Assembly: GCA_965649265.1 (NCBI GenBank)
Contig: CBFGKC010000008.1
Coordinates: forward strand, 67,010-117,452
DNA: 50,443 bases
Direction of reading: 5' to 3'
From: a candidate division WOR-3 bacterium
Lineage (GTDB): Bacteria > Hydrothermota > Tepidihabitantia > B3-TA06
The first letter of the stretch is position 1. The number at the start of each line of letters is the position of its first letter. The notes under the pieces were generated by a model. It saw only the letters and a list, made by a program, of their open reading frames with translations, was not told where the DNA came from and searched no databases. This document shows positions 10,786 to 19,608 of this stretch, piece by piece. The position numbers and the translations under genes were made by a program.

Positions 10786-12087
10786 TTAATCCGTGGAGAG
10801 GATTTTAAGCGCTATGTCAAGACCGAACGCCGTAAGTATGGCTGCAAGTATGAGAATGCCCGACATAATCGCCTGTCCCCAGTCCTGTGCCTTGATGGTT
10901 CCTACGAGGTTAGGCTCGCGAGAGAGGTAAGCCGATGCCGCGTAAAGCTCCTGTCCAATAATGGTATAGTCGCAGGCGGTGATAAAGAATGGAAGCTGTG
11001 CCGATGCGTCGGTTCCGGCTATCTGTATAGAGCCAGCTATATTACCTGTTTCTGCTAGAAGCAGGGCTTCAGCGTAAAACATTCCAAGAAAGAAATTTGT
11101 GGCAGGTTTCTCGCGCAGCATGATTCCGTTGACTGCCGAAACATATGCAAACTGGTCGCTTGTGAGAAAGAATACGCTATCGGGGTTGAATGCATCAGGT
11201 CTGCCTACATCAGAATAAGCTTCCTTGACGATTTCTCTTGCCACTGTATAAACGATTGGGTCGCGGTTAGGGACTATTAGAGGGGTGTCATACTGTGCAG
11301 CCTTCTTTGCGACACCCTGGAGGATGGTTAATGAGGCAAGTGTGGCGATGTCGCTGATGTCGGAAATCCCGGGGACGTAAAGAATGGGACGGCCCATCTC
11401 TGTTGCACGTCCTACCGCCTCGTCAATCGCTTCCAGGCCGGCTATCTTGCGCAGAAACAGGTTCTTACCTTTTCTCGCCTGGGAAATGAAGAAAAACACC
11501 AGGAAAAAGAAGACAACCATGCATACAAGGACATTGATTCTTGAGGTGTCGAACCACTGAGCGGAAGATTTGACTTCATCGGAGGGGGCGGAGAATACTT
11601 CCTCTTCTCCGCGAATGGCGGAGACTTTATATATGTAAGGAGTATTATTCAATATCCGCATCTGCCGTGCTTCTGAAATCTGCTGCTCCAGGCTTTTGAC
11701 TTCGGCAGTTAATGCGGCCACAGTGGTGTCGCCCTTTCTTTGAGCTCTGGCCAGGTCCCGCCTGAGAACCCTGAGTTGGTTTCCACCTTCTTCAATAATG
11801 TAATCTGCATCGTCATTGTTTTCCATTGTGCTGTCACGTCGGGCAGCTAGGAAAGCCACAGGTGTAAACTCTTCACCTTTTTTTGCTCGATAGACGATGT
11901 ATCCATCAAGAAGTGAGTCGTCAGGGGAGAGGTGCCACAGGATGTTGATCTGACCGCCCTTGTCATTGGGAACGTCCTTTGCGACGACTCCTGAGGGTGG
12001 CCTTATGGCGGGTAGGACGGGTGCCAGAGAATCCATGGGGGCTTCCACCTGCGAAGCAAGAAGGAAGACTAAAGAAATGAAGGTCAA
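10786..12087 (-). CDS. Membrane protein with N-terminal FN3-like region and C-terminal DUF6754-like domain
   Basis: Signal peptide; DVPNDKGGQINILW...Y.YKVSA FN3-like pattern with a coiled-coil insert; RKIAGLEAIDEAVGRATEMGRP and QIAGTD...QLPFFITACDYTIIGQELYAASAYLS recalled as DUF6754; TTG start after GGAGG. Confidence 0.7.
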   Translation of the reverse strand: MTFISLVFLLASQVEAPMDSLAPVLPAIRPPSGVVAKDVPNDKGGQINILWHLSPDDSLLDGYIVYRAKKGEEFTPVAFLAARRDSTMENNDDADYIIEEGGNQLRVLRRDLARAQRKGDTTVAALTAEVKSLEQQISEARQMRILNNTPYIYKVSAIRGEEEVFSAPSDEVKSSAQWFDTSRINVLVCMVVFFFLVFFFISQARKGKNLFLRKIAGLEAIDEAVGRATEMGRPILYVPGISDISDIATLASLTILQGVAKKAAQYDTPLIVPNRDPIVYTVAREIVKEAYSDVGRPDAFNPDSVFFLTSDQFAYVSAVNGIMLREKPATNFFLGMFYAEALLLAETGNIAGSIQIAGTDASAQLPFFITACDYTIIGQELYAASAYLSREPNLVGTIKAQDWGQAIMSGILILAAILTAFGLDIALKILSTD

Positions 12088-12096
12088 ATGCCCCTC

Positions 12097-12405
12097 CTAG
12101 TTGAAGGCTTCTTTACATGTACAAGGTCTGCTCCCGCAGCGGGGACAGCCTTTTTCGTATTTTTCCAAAACGGCATCCTCAAGGTCAATTCCTGCAAGAT
12201 TGGCCATTGTGCAGAGCCATGCAAACACATCCGCAAACTCCTCTTTGAGATGGTTTTCGTCCGCGTTTCTTATGGCTCGTGCGAGTTCTCCGACCTCTTC
12301 CGAGAACCAGATGAACGTCTTGGCCAGACCCCGAGGCGAGTCCTTGTGAAAGAACTCTTCCTTTATAAGATTCTGAAAATCGCGCACTCCGATTTTACTT
12401 TCCAT
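12097..12405 (-). CDS. MazG-like nucleotide pyrophosphohydrolase with C-terminal Cys cluster
   Basis: EEVGELA...EEFADV MazG motif; CPRCGSRPCTC tail; TTGACA-16-TATCAT promoter 7 nt before the ATG. Confidence 0.88.
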   Translation of the reverse strand: MESKIGVRDFQNLIKEEFFHKDSPRGLAKTFIWFSEEVGELARAIRNADENHLKEEFADVFAWLCTMANLAGIDLEDAVLEKYEKGCPRCGSRPCTCKEAFN

Positions 12406-12652
12406 CCTTTGTATGATACGATGGATAGGGTGTTTGTCAATACCCAGCCTTCCTCAGAACCATCTTCAGACCTTTCTTTGAATCTGCTTCCGGCGGAAAC
12501 TGCATGGGTTTTTCTGAAGTATATATCTTTGATTAAAAAAGCTTGATCTCGGACGCATGCTTCATTCTACGACAGCCCTATCCTCAAGGCTTCCTGCATC
12601 TTTCCATTAACTATGAACCAATATTTAGATTTTCTAGGATTTCCATGGATGC

Positions 12653-15478
12653 TCATGGTTGAACAAGTGCCTTTTTTACAATACTACGTGTTTTCCCTTC
12701 ATCAGGTCTGAATGTAAGCGTATAAAGATAAACGCCTGGCGCAGCTTGTAGCCCTTTTTCAGAAAGGCCGTCCCAATTTACGGTAAAGATTCCCGGGTCA
12801 TGGGATATATCCTCGAAAAGTGTGACGATATGTTCCCCGGCCCTGTTGTACACGGCAAGTGTGGCCAGTCCAATGGAAGGGATGCTGTAGATGAAAGTTG
12901 TGGCTCCTCTGAAGGGATTGGGGAAGTTATGAATATCAAGAGGGGGGACTGCCAGGGTCAGTATATAGCAGGAATCCGCGATCGAAGTATTCGAGATAGA
13001 GCGGGCCCAGAGCGAACGGTGTTCGGTATTTAACTCAGTAGGATCACCTACAATGGAAGCAAGCTCTGCCGGCGCGTTCACGACAACCTCGACCGAGAGC
13101 GTTTCCCTTGCATCAAGCACACCGGTCCGGTTTATCTCCTGACCCTGGACATTGCGGAGCTGGGCCAGCCATGAAAGATCAGACTCCATCCATAAGTCGA
13201 AGCTATCAGGTTCGTTACCCTCGTTTACTACCCTCAAAGTGTATACTATCTGTTTGCCCGCATCTACTGTTCCTTCTGCATCTGGTTCAACCGACACCCC
13301 CGGTTCGAGGTTCAAAACCCTGGTGATGAGTCTTATGCTATCCCTGACCGATTCGTCGATTGATGACGAAGCTACAAGATAGGAAGTGTCAATTGTGTTG
13401 TGGCGAGTGTTGACCGGTGGTAGAATATCAAGCCAAAGCAGTGTCTGGGAGCCGTAGGCGGGCATCTGACCGACATCAGGACGCGAATCTGCGTCTGAAT
13501 CCCCGAGCTCTCTGGTCCCTGTGGAATCGTACAACGTGCCGGGCCAATTCTTAAGAGAACTGAAACCGAGATTTATGGTGTCACGGGTGTTTCCCAGGTT
13601 GGTCACGAGGGCTCTGTAACGTATTGCCACACCTGCGTGGGTAGAATCGGTGGAATCACGGACTATACTTACTTCAGGGACCGTTCGAATTGTCGTTATC
13701 AGTGTTGCGGCGTCTCTAACTGAGGGGGCCACGTTCAACTCGCCTATTACCCTCGTCGTGTCGATTGTGCCTCCTTCAGCGTCAGTTGAAGAAATTATCC
13801 TTGCGATTACCTCCATGCTTTCACCCGGCGCAAGTGGACCTATATCAACGTTTCCGTCGCCGTCGGAATCAATAAGAGGTGCAAAAGCTTCGTCGAGAAG
13901 TGCGGCGTTCCAACCAGATAGAGGTCCGCTTAAGGACAAGTCAACTAAATCGCTCGAATTACTCTCATTGCGAACCGTCAACTCGTAATCAACGGTGTCG
14001 CCGGCAAGAGAAGTTTTTGCCTGGTCGGGCTCCACGGCAAGACCGGAAACCTGAGCGACAATCGTTACGAGTAGAGCCGAATCCCTTACCAGCGGGGCAA
14101 GACTTGATGCTGCCCAGACACGGGTCGAATCCATTGCACCAGCGGATGCCGAGGAGGGGGAGGTAATTTCAAGTTCGATCCTTATAGAATCGGTAGATTC
14201 AACAGCGCCCACGTCAACTTTATCGTCACCATCCGAATCTATAAGCGGCTGGCCTTGTGCATCAAGGAGCCTTGCCGTCCAGCCTGTCATGGTGTTCGAT
14301 GTCGTTATGTCAAGTGTATCAATGTGGCTTCCCGTATTGACTACCCAGAGGGGGTAGATCACAGGTACACCAGGGTTGGTCATTATCGAAGAGTCTGGAT
14401 AACAGCGTACGCCCGCATCAGGCCTGTAGGTGAACTCGTGAACCCACGAATCGCCACCTGCTGCGTAAACCCTTATAGTGTCGTCATTGCGACCTCTTTC
14501 AGGGTAGATGTCGTGAAGCCATGAACCGCTTGGCACCGTCCCGCAGTCGAAGAATTGCCATGCGTCTTCGCGCCATGTGTATTCGTAGAGATGACCGGGG
14601 CTGAATGTTCCTGTGTATATGCGCAGGGTGTCGTCGTTGCGGCCGTATCCAGCACCCAGTCCGAAAAGGCATGATGTGGTATGTCCAACCAGCGTGCGGT
14701 TCCACTTGGCGCCGTCCCACGTAAACTCAAACAAATCCCCCGGGTTTCCCTGAGGTCCGCATGAGGCATAGACCCTATCAACTCCGTCGTTGCGACCCTC
14801 AGCCACGCATACACCCCAGGCACATCCGTCGGTAGTGCCTATTACTAAAGGAAACCATGTCCCGTTTCTATATGAAAATTCCCACACGTTTCCGTCCGTG
14901 CAGGCTCCGTAGACTCTTACGGTGTCATCGTTGCGACCGTTACCCACGAATACGTCGTGCATCGAGCCGTCAGCAGAAGAAGAACTGCCTCCCAGAAGAA
15001 CGCTAGCCCAGGTGCCGTTGCGCCTTGTGAGTTCGTAGCATTGTCCGCTGTTCGTTCCCGTATAAACCCTTAACGTATCGTCATTGCGACCGTAAGCTCC
15101 GAATCCGTCATACGAATTCGAGTAACCGCTTCCAATTTCACCCATGGTCCACGTGCCATTCCTGTACACTGTTTCGACTATTCCACCGGTAGTCCATATA
15201 CCTGCGTATATTCGATTGGTGTCGTCATTGCGGGCAGGTGTAACCGAAAGGCCGTGAACCTGGCCGCGTCCCTTTCCTATCGATGCCTTAATCCAGGCTT
15301 GTCCCGCCCACGTGAATTCGTAAGCGAGAGAATCGTCGCATCCGCCGTAGACTCTCAGCGTATCGCCGTTGCGTCCGTAACCGACTGTTACGCCTTGCAT
15401 ACCTGAATTGCCTTTTCCAATCTGCTCATGTCCCCAGCTTCCCCACAGGAATGATAGAATCAAAAAAACGAATGACAC
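12653..15478 (-). CDS. Secreted/surface protein: 7-repeat beta-propeller, about four Ig-like repeats, FlgD-Ig/T9SS-like C-terminal domain
   Basis: Signal peptide; seven RNDDTxR(V/I)Y-type repeats; repeated PD...V.Y.L.V.N.GN..D Ig-like units with DSDGD loops; NFPNPF...L.VYN..G..I.TL...WDG...APGVY C-terminus. Confidence 0.8.
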   Translation of the reverse strand: MSFVFLILSFLWGSWGHEQIGKGNSGMQGVTVGYGRNGDTLRVYGGCDDSLAYEFTWAGQAWIKASIGKGRGQVHGLSVTPARNDDTNRIYAGIWTTGGIVETVYRNGTWTMGEIGSGYSNSYDGFGAYGRNDDTLRVYTGTNSGQCYELTRRNGTWASVLLGGSSSSADGSMHDVFVGNGRNDDTVRVYGACTDGNVWEFSYRNGTWFPLVIGTTDGCAWGVCVAEGRNDGVDRVYASCGPQGNPGDLFEFTWDGAKWNRTLVGHTTSCLFGLGAGYGRNDDTLRIYTGTFSPGHLYEYTWREDAWQFFDCGTVPSGSWLHDIYPERGRNDDTIRVYAAGGDSWVHEFTYRPDAGVRCYPDSSIMTNPGVPVIYPLWVVNTGSHIDTLDITTSNTMTGWTARLLDAQGQPLIDSDGDDKVDVGAVESTDSIRIELEITSPSSASAGAMDSTRVWAASSLAPLVRDSALLVTIVAQVSGLAVEPDQAKTSLAGDTVDYELTVRNESNSSDLVDLSLSGPLSGWNAALLDEAFAPLIDSDGDGNVDIGPLAPGESMEVIARIISSTDAEGGTIDTTRVIGELNVAPSVRDAATLITTIRTVPEVSIVRDSTDSTHAGVAIRYRALVTNLGNTRDTINLGFSSLKNWPGTLYDSTGTRELGDSDADSRPDVGQMPAYGSQTLLWLDILPPVNTRHNTIDTSYLVASSSIDESVRDSIRLITRVLNLEPGVSVEPDAEGTVDAGKQIVYTLRVVNEGNEPDSFDLWMESDLSWLAQLRNVQGQEINRTGVLDARETLSVEVVVNAPAELASIVGDPTELNTEHRSLWARSISNTSIADSCYILTLAVPPLDIHNFPNPFRGATTFIYSIPSIGLATLAVYNRAGEHIVTLFEDISHDPGIFTVNWDGLSEKGLQAAPGVYLYTLTFRPDEGKTRSIVKKALVQP

Positions 15479-15557
15479 GCGGAACCTCCTCGCAAATCTA
15501 TGAATTATAAATTTATGTTAAAATTACTCATATGTGCGAAGATGTCAAGATACCGCG

Positions 15558-15612
15558 CCCTCCTCAAGCCCTCCTCAAGCCCCCCTCAAGCCCCCCTCAC
15601 CCGTAACACAAC
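15558..15612 (+). repeat. (CCTCAAG)n tandem followed by CCCGTAACAC motif (dispersed micro-repeat family)
   Basis: ccctcctcaagc cctcctcaagc ccccctcaagc ccccctcac ccgtaacacaac; a related copy lies on the opposite strand at about 15961-16006. Confidence 0.7.
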
Positions 15613-15762
15613 CTTCCTCCTTAGAGGCCTTCTCAAAAGCCTTCCTCAGGACTTTAGCTGTAACCTTTTCAGGAATATGGTTTGCCCGGGATAATACAGA
15701 AGTCTAGGCTTTGGGAAAAGATTGATGATTTGCGATGGAGTTGCGGGAGCTTGTTTATTTAT

Positions 15763-15790
15763 AAAAAGGAGCCGGTTTTTGCCGGCTCCC
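15763..15790 (-). terminator. Rho-independent terminator of ppdK
   Basis: Minus strand reads GGAGCCGG-caaaaa-CCGGCTCC then TTTTT, about 20 nt after the ppdK stop. Confidence 0.8.
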
Positions 15791-15811
15791 TGGAGATCTA
15801 TAGCTTTCTGA

Positions 15812-18700
15812 CTACTTTTTTCTCTGAGTATTCTTTTTACCAGTCGTAACTTTCTTTGCCCCAGACGTCGATTTCTTTGGGGCGGTCTTTTTAGTACCTG
15901 GTTTCTTCCGAGCCACTTTACTTGTCGCCGTTTTCTTGTTCGATGAGGACCTTGAGGAATGTTGTGTTACGGGCGAGGAGGGTGAGGAGGGTGAGGAGAG
16001 CGAGGGCTTCAATACAGCTTGGGCTGAGGCGAGTCTCGCAATAGGTACCCTGAAGGGCGAGCAGGAAACGTAATTGAGGCCTGCGTTGTGGCAGAACTCG
16101 ACCGAGCGTGGATCGCCGCCGTGCTCACCACAGATACCTACTTCCAGCTTTGGGTTTGTCTGGCGTCCAAGTTCTATGGCCAGTCGGATGAGTGAACCGA
16201 CGCCGCGCTGGTCAAGGGTCTGGAACGGGTCGTCCTTCATTATTCCCTTGTCGAGATAATCTTTGAGGAACTTGCCCGCGTCGTCCCTTGAAAATCCGAG
16301 CGTGGTTTGCGTGAGGTCGTTGGTGCCGAAGCTGAAGAAGTCTGCTTTAGTTGCTATCTCGTCCGCGGTTACCACCGCACGCGGAACTTCTATCATGGTT
16401 CCCACCATATAGTGAAGGTCGACTCCCTGCTCCTGCAAAACGGTTTTTGCCGTTTGTTCGACAACATCGCGCTGGTTGGAAAGCTCGGAGACGTTGCCCA
16501 CGAGTGGAATCATCACCTCGGGAATCACGGTTTTTCCTTCTTTTATCACCTTGCACGCGGCCTCGAATATGGCCCTTGCTTGCATCTCGGTGATCTCCGG
16601 ATATGTGATACCAAGTCTGCAGCCGCGGTGGCCGAGCATGGGATTAAATTCGTGGAGTTCGCTGACCTTCTCTCGTATCTTTTCGGACGGTACGCCCATC
16701 TTAAGGGCGAGTTCGTCGATTGTTTCCTTATCGTGCGGCAGGAATTCGTGAAGAGGTGGATCGAGAGTCCTTATAATTACCGGAAAGCCGTCCATCTCCC
16801 TGAAGAGCCCGGCAAAATCCTCTCTTTGCATGGGAAGGAGTTTTGCCAGCGCCTTGCGTCTGCCTGCCTCGTTGTCGGCGATAATCATTTCCCTGACGGC
16901 ATCGATCCTCGAACCCTCAAAGAACATGTGTTCGGTGCGGCAAAGGCCGATTCCTTTGGCCCCGAAACGTCTCGCGATTACGGCCTGCTCGGGCTTGTCT
17001 GCATTGGTTCGTACGCCCATCCTCGAGGCCTCGTCAGACCAGCGCATGAGTTTTGCGAAACGCTGGTAGGTTTGGGACTGATCCGGTTTCATGGAGCCTT
17101 CAACCAGTACCTGTATGACCTCAGATGGCCTCGTCGTGACCTCACCTGCGATTACTTCACCGGTGTTGCCGTCAATGGAGATGAAGTCGCCTTCATTAAT
17201 AACCCTGCCGTCAACGTTCATGCTGCGGGTGCGGTAATCGATGTTCAAATCTCCGCAGCCGGCCACGCAGACCTTGCCCATCTGTCTTGCGACGAGCGCA
17301 GCGTGTGAGGTCATGCCGCCCCGCTGGGTCAGAATGCCTTCAGCGGCGGCCATGCCGCGAATGTCCTCGGGCGAGGTCTCTATTCTCACGAGCACTACAC
17401 GCTGACCCTTGGCTGTCCAGTCCTCAGCATCCTCGGCGTTGAAAGCGACCTTTCCGGTTGCCGCTCCGGGACCGGCAGGAAGTCCCTTGGCTAGTATCCG
17501 GCCCTCTGTCACCGCCTTCTTCTTCTCCTGTCTGTCGAATACTGGTTGAAGCAGTTGGTTGAGCTGTTCAGGGTCAACCCGGAGCAGTGCTTCTTCCTTC
17601 TTAATCAACTTCTCATCCACCATGTCCACCGCGATCCTGACGGCGGCGAATCCCGTGCGTTTGCCCGTGCGGGTCTGTAGCATCCACAATCTTCCGCGTT
17701 CGACCGTAAACTCCATGTCCTGCATGTCGCGGTAATGGCGTTCGAGCTTTGTCTGTATCTTCATGAGTTTTTCGAAGACCTTGGGCATTTCCTTTTCCAA
17801 CTGCGAGATGGGTTTTGGCGTTCTTACGCCTGCTACGACATCTTCACCCTGTGCATTCTCGAGATACTCGCCGTAAAAGCGATGCTCGCCGGTAGCCGGG
17901 TCGCGAGTGAAAGCGACGCCGGTGCCAGAATCCTGACCCATGTTGCCGAATACCATCGCTTGCACATTTACGGCAGTACCCCAGTCGTCAGGGATCCTGT
18001 TGAGTTTTCGGTACGTTATCGCGCGCGGGTTCTGCCAGGAGCGGAAAACGGCCTCGATTGCACCCCATAATTGTTTTTCGGGCGAGTCCGGGAAATCCAC
18101 ACCCACCGTCTGCTTAATCAATCCCTTGAACTTATCCACAAGCGCTTTCCAGTCGTCGGCGCCGAGGTCGGTATCGTATTTAAGATTCTTCGAGCGCTTA
18201 ACCTCGTCAATCAACTCCTCGAATGGATCGTTGGCGTCCTTGGAGGCGGCCTTGACGCCCAGAACGACGTCGCCGTAAGTCTGTACGAATCTTCTGTAGG
18301 AGTCATAAGCGAAGCGCGGATTGGAGGTTAGAGCGGCAAGACCCTCGACGGTCTCGTCGTTCAAACCAAGGTTCAAAATCGTGTCCATCATGCCCGGCAT
18401 CGACGCTCTCGCGCCCGAACGAACCGAGACCAGCAGCGGATTTTTCCTGTCTCCAAACTTCTTGGCCATGAGCTTTTCTATGTGTTTGAGCCCCTTTTCG
18501 ACGTCCTCCTTCAAACCCGCGGGGTACCTGCCAGTCCTTAAATAATCCATGCACAAATCTGTAGAAATCGTGAATCCGGGCGGAACCGGCATTCCCAGGT
18601 TGCTCATTTCCGCTAAGTTAGCGCCCTTCCCGCCCAGCACGTTCTTCATGGCGGCGGAGCCGTCCGCTTTGTCACCGCCGAAGCGGTATACGAATTTCAC
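15812..18700 (-). CDS. ppdK: Pyruvate, phosphate dikinase with a Lys-rich C-terminal extension
   Basis: [26 protein letters not shown], catalytic [39 protein letters not shown]; GTG start after AGGAGG. Confidence 0.97.
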   Translation of the reverse strand: MKFVYRFGGDKADGSAAMKNVLGGKGANLAEMSNLGMPVPPGFTISTDLCMDYLRTGRYPAGLKEDVEKGLKHIEKLMAKKFGDRKNPLLVSVRSGARASMPGMMDTILNLGLNDETVEGLAALTSNPRFAYDSYRRFVQTYGDVVLGVKAASKDANDPFEELIDEVKRSKNLKYDTDLGADDWKALVDKFKGLIKQTVGVDFPDSPEKQLWGAIEAVFRSWQNPRAITYRKLNRIPDDWGTAVNVQAMVFGNMGQDSGTGVAFTRDPATGEHRFYGEYLENAQGEDVVAGVRTPKPISQLEKEMPKVFEKLMKIQTKLERHYRDMQDMEFTVERGRLWMLQTRTGKRTGFAAVRIAVDMVDEKLIKKEEALLRVDPEQLNQLLQPVFDRQEKKKAVTEGRILAKGLPAGPGAATGKVAFNAEDAEDWTAKGQRVVLVRIETSPEDIRGMAAAEGILTQRGGMTSHAALVARQMGKVCVAGCGDLNIDYRTRSMNVDGRVINEGDFISIDGNTGEVIAGEVTTRPSEVIQVLVEGSMKPDQSQTYQRFAKLMRWSDEASRMGVRTNADKPEQAVIARRFGAKGIGLCRTEHMFFEGSRIDAVREMIIADNEAGRRKALAKLLPMQREDFAGLFREMDGFPVIIRTLDPPLHEFLPHDKETIDELALKMGVPSEKIREKVSELHEFNPMLGHRGCRLGITYPEITEMQARAIFEAACKVIKEGKTVIPEVMIPLVGNVSELSNQRDVVEQTAKTVLQEQGVDLHYMVGTMIEVPRAVVTADEIATKADFFSFGTNDLTQTTLGFSRDDAGKFLKDYLDKGIMKDDPFQTLDQRGVGSLIRLAIELGRQTNPKLEVGICGEHGGDPRSVEFCHNAGLNYVSCSPFRVPIARLASAQAVLKPSLSSPSSPSSPVTQHSSRSSSNKKTATSKVARKKPGTKKTAPKKSTSGAKKVTTGKKNTQRKK

Positions 18701-18734
18701 TATGCCTCCTAAGTGGTGATTTTAAAATCTTAGA

Positions 18735-19010
18735 TTACTTTTCTTCGTCACCCTCGCCCGAATCCCCTGATTCCTCTTCCTGCTCGTTCGGGGGAACGGT
18801 CGAGAGAAAGTCCTTAACTACTTCAATTGCGCGTGTTGCATCCTCTTCCAGCACCAGAATCTGGCCCCAGGCGCGGCCTTCGAGCCACGAAATATGCCAC
18901 GGGTTGTCAAAGACCCTGAGCTCGGCGCGTATCCCCTCGCCCTTCAAATACGCAAGTATCGCTCTTGCTTCAACTTCGTCCATGGGTTCGTATATAGCGA
19001 CAACAGACAT
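18735..19010 (-). CDS. DUF2007-like small protein
   Basis: EA..I..YL..EGI.A ... ILVLEEDA.RA.E pattern; acidic tail; TTGACG-17-TATAAT promoter 9 nt upstream. Confidence 0.7.
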   Translation of the reverse strand: MSVVAIYEPMDEVEARAILAYLKGEGIRAELRVFDNPWHISWLEGRAWGQILVLEEDATRAIEVVKDFLSTVPPNEQEEESGDSGEGDEEK

Positions 19011-19186
19011 TCAGCCCTAATTATAGGACAAAATCGGATGCGCGTCAACCTCTTCAATAACTCCAGAAAAGTCGGAGATCGACTTTTCCGGGGACCCCAT
19101 GTGTGGCCGGGAAGTTTGGCTTCGAATTAAAAAAGTCTGGGCAAACTTCAAACCGTCCTCCAGACGGTCAGTCAGGATTAATGAAC

Positions 19187-19335
19187 CGCGTCAGAAATGT
19201 GGATAACTAAGCTGGACAAAAGTGGGACAAAAGTTGGACAAAATCGCGCGGAAAGGAGGCCAGGTTTAACGCGGCGCGTCAAAAATGTGGATAACTAAGT
19301 AGGACAAAAGATGGTCAAAAGTGGGACAAAATCGG
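19187..19335. repeat. Duplicated unit of a DnaA box plus three 11-bp direct repeats
   Basis: TGTGGATAA (reverse complement of TTATCCACA) at 19198-19206 and 19286-19294, each followed by GG(A/T)CAAAA at an 11-bp period (19214/19225/19236 and 19302/19313/19324). Confidence 0.8.
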
Positions 19336-19608
19336 GAAATTTGGCTTCCAAATGGTCTAAATTATAAGGGCAAATTTCTAAAGCGCCCCGGGCGGTAGGT
19401 TTTCTGGGGGTAATTTTGAGGCAAAACTACCCAGGATAAACGTCTGTCATTGCCGAAGAACTCCCCCTCCCTGGTGGAGGGGGTAGGGGGCGGGGTCACT
19501 CTCGCCCTTCGGGATGAGGGTGACGCTTCGGGAGAGCGTGCGGTGAGGGAAAAACATTCCTCTTTTGCCTCTGTCTTGACAATCCCTTACCCCAGCCTAT
19601 CATCAACC

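Noticed and set aside
16307-17308. 333-aa plus-strand ORF, and similar long antisense ORFs at 4868-5788, 41420-42442, 34007-34738 and 29523-30197
   Set aside because: All lie opposite well-supported genes and are explained by codon bias on the coding strand.
19187-19335. Chromosomal oriC
   Set aside because: Only two DnaA boxes, no clear AT-rich unwinding element and no dnaA/dnaN/gidA context; retained as an unexplained array.
19450-19608. N-terminal extensions given by the ORF track (also for uvrA, 21560-22381, 23515-24072, 29508 and 33278)
   Set aside because: Promoter and RBS positions and paralogue alignment support downstream starts.
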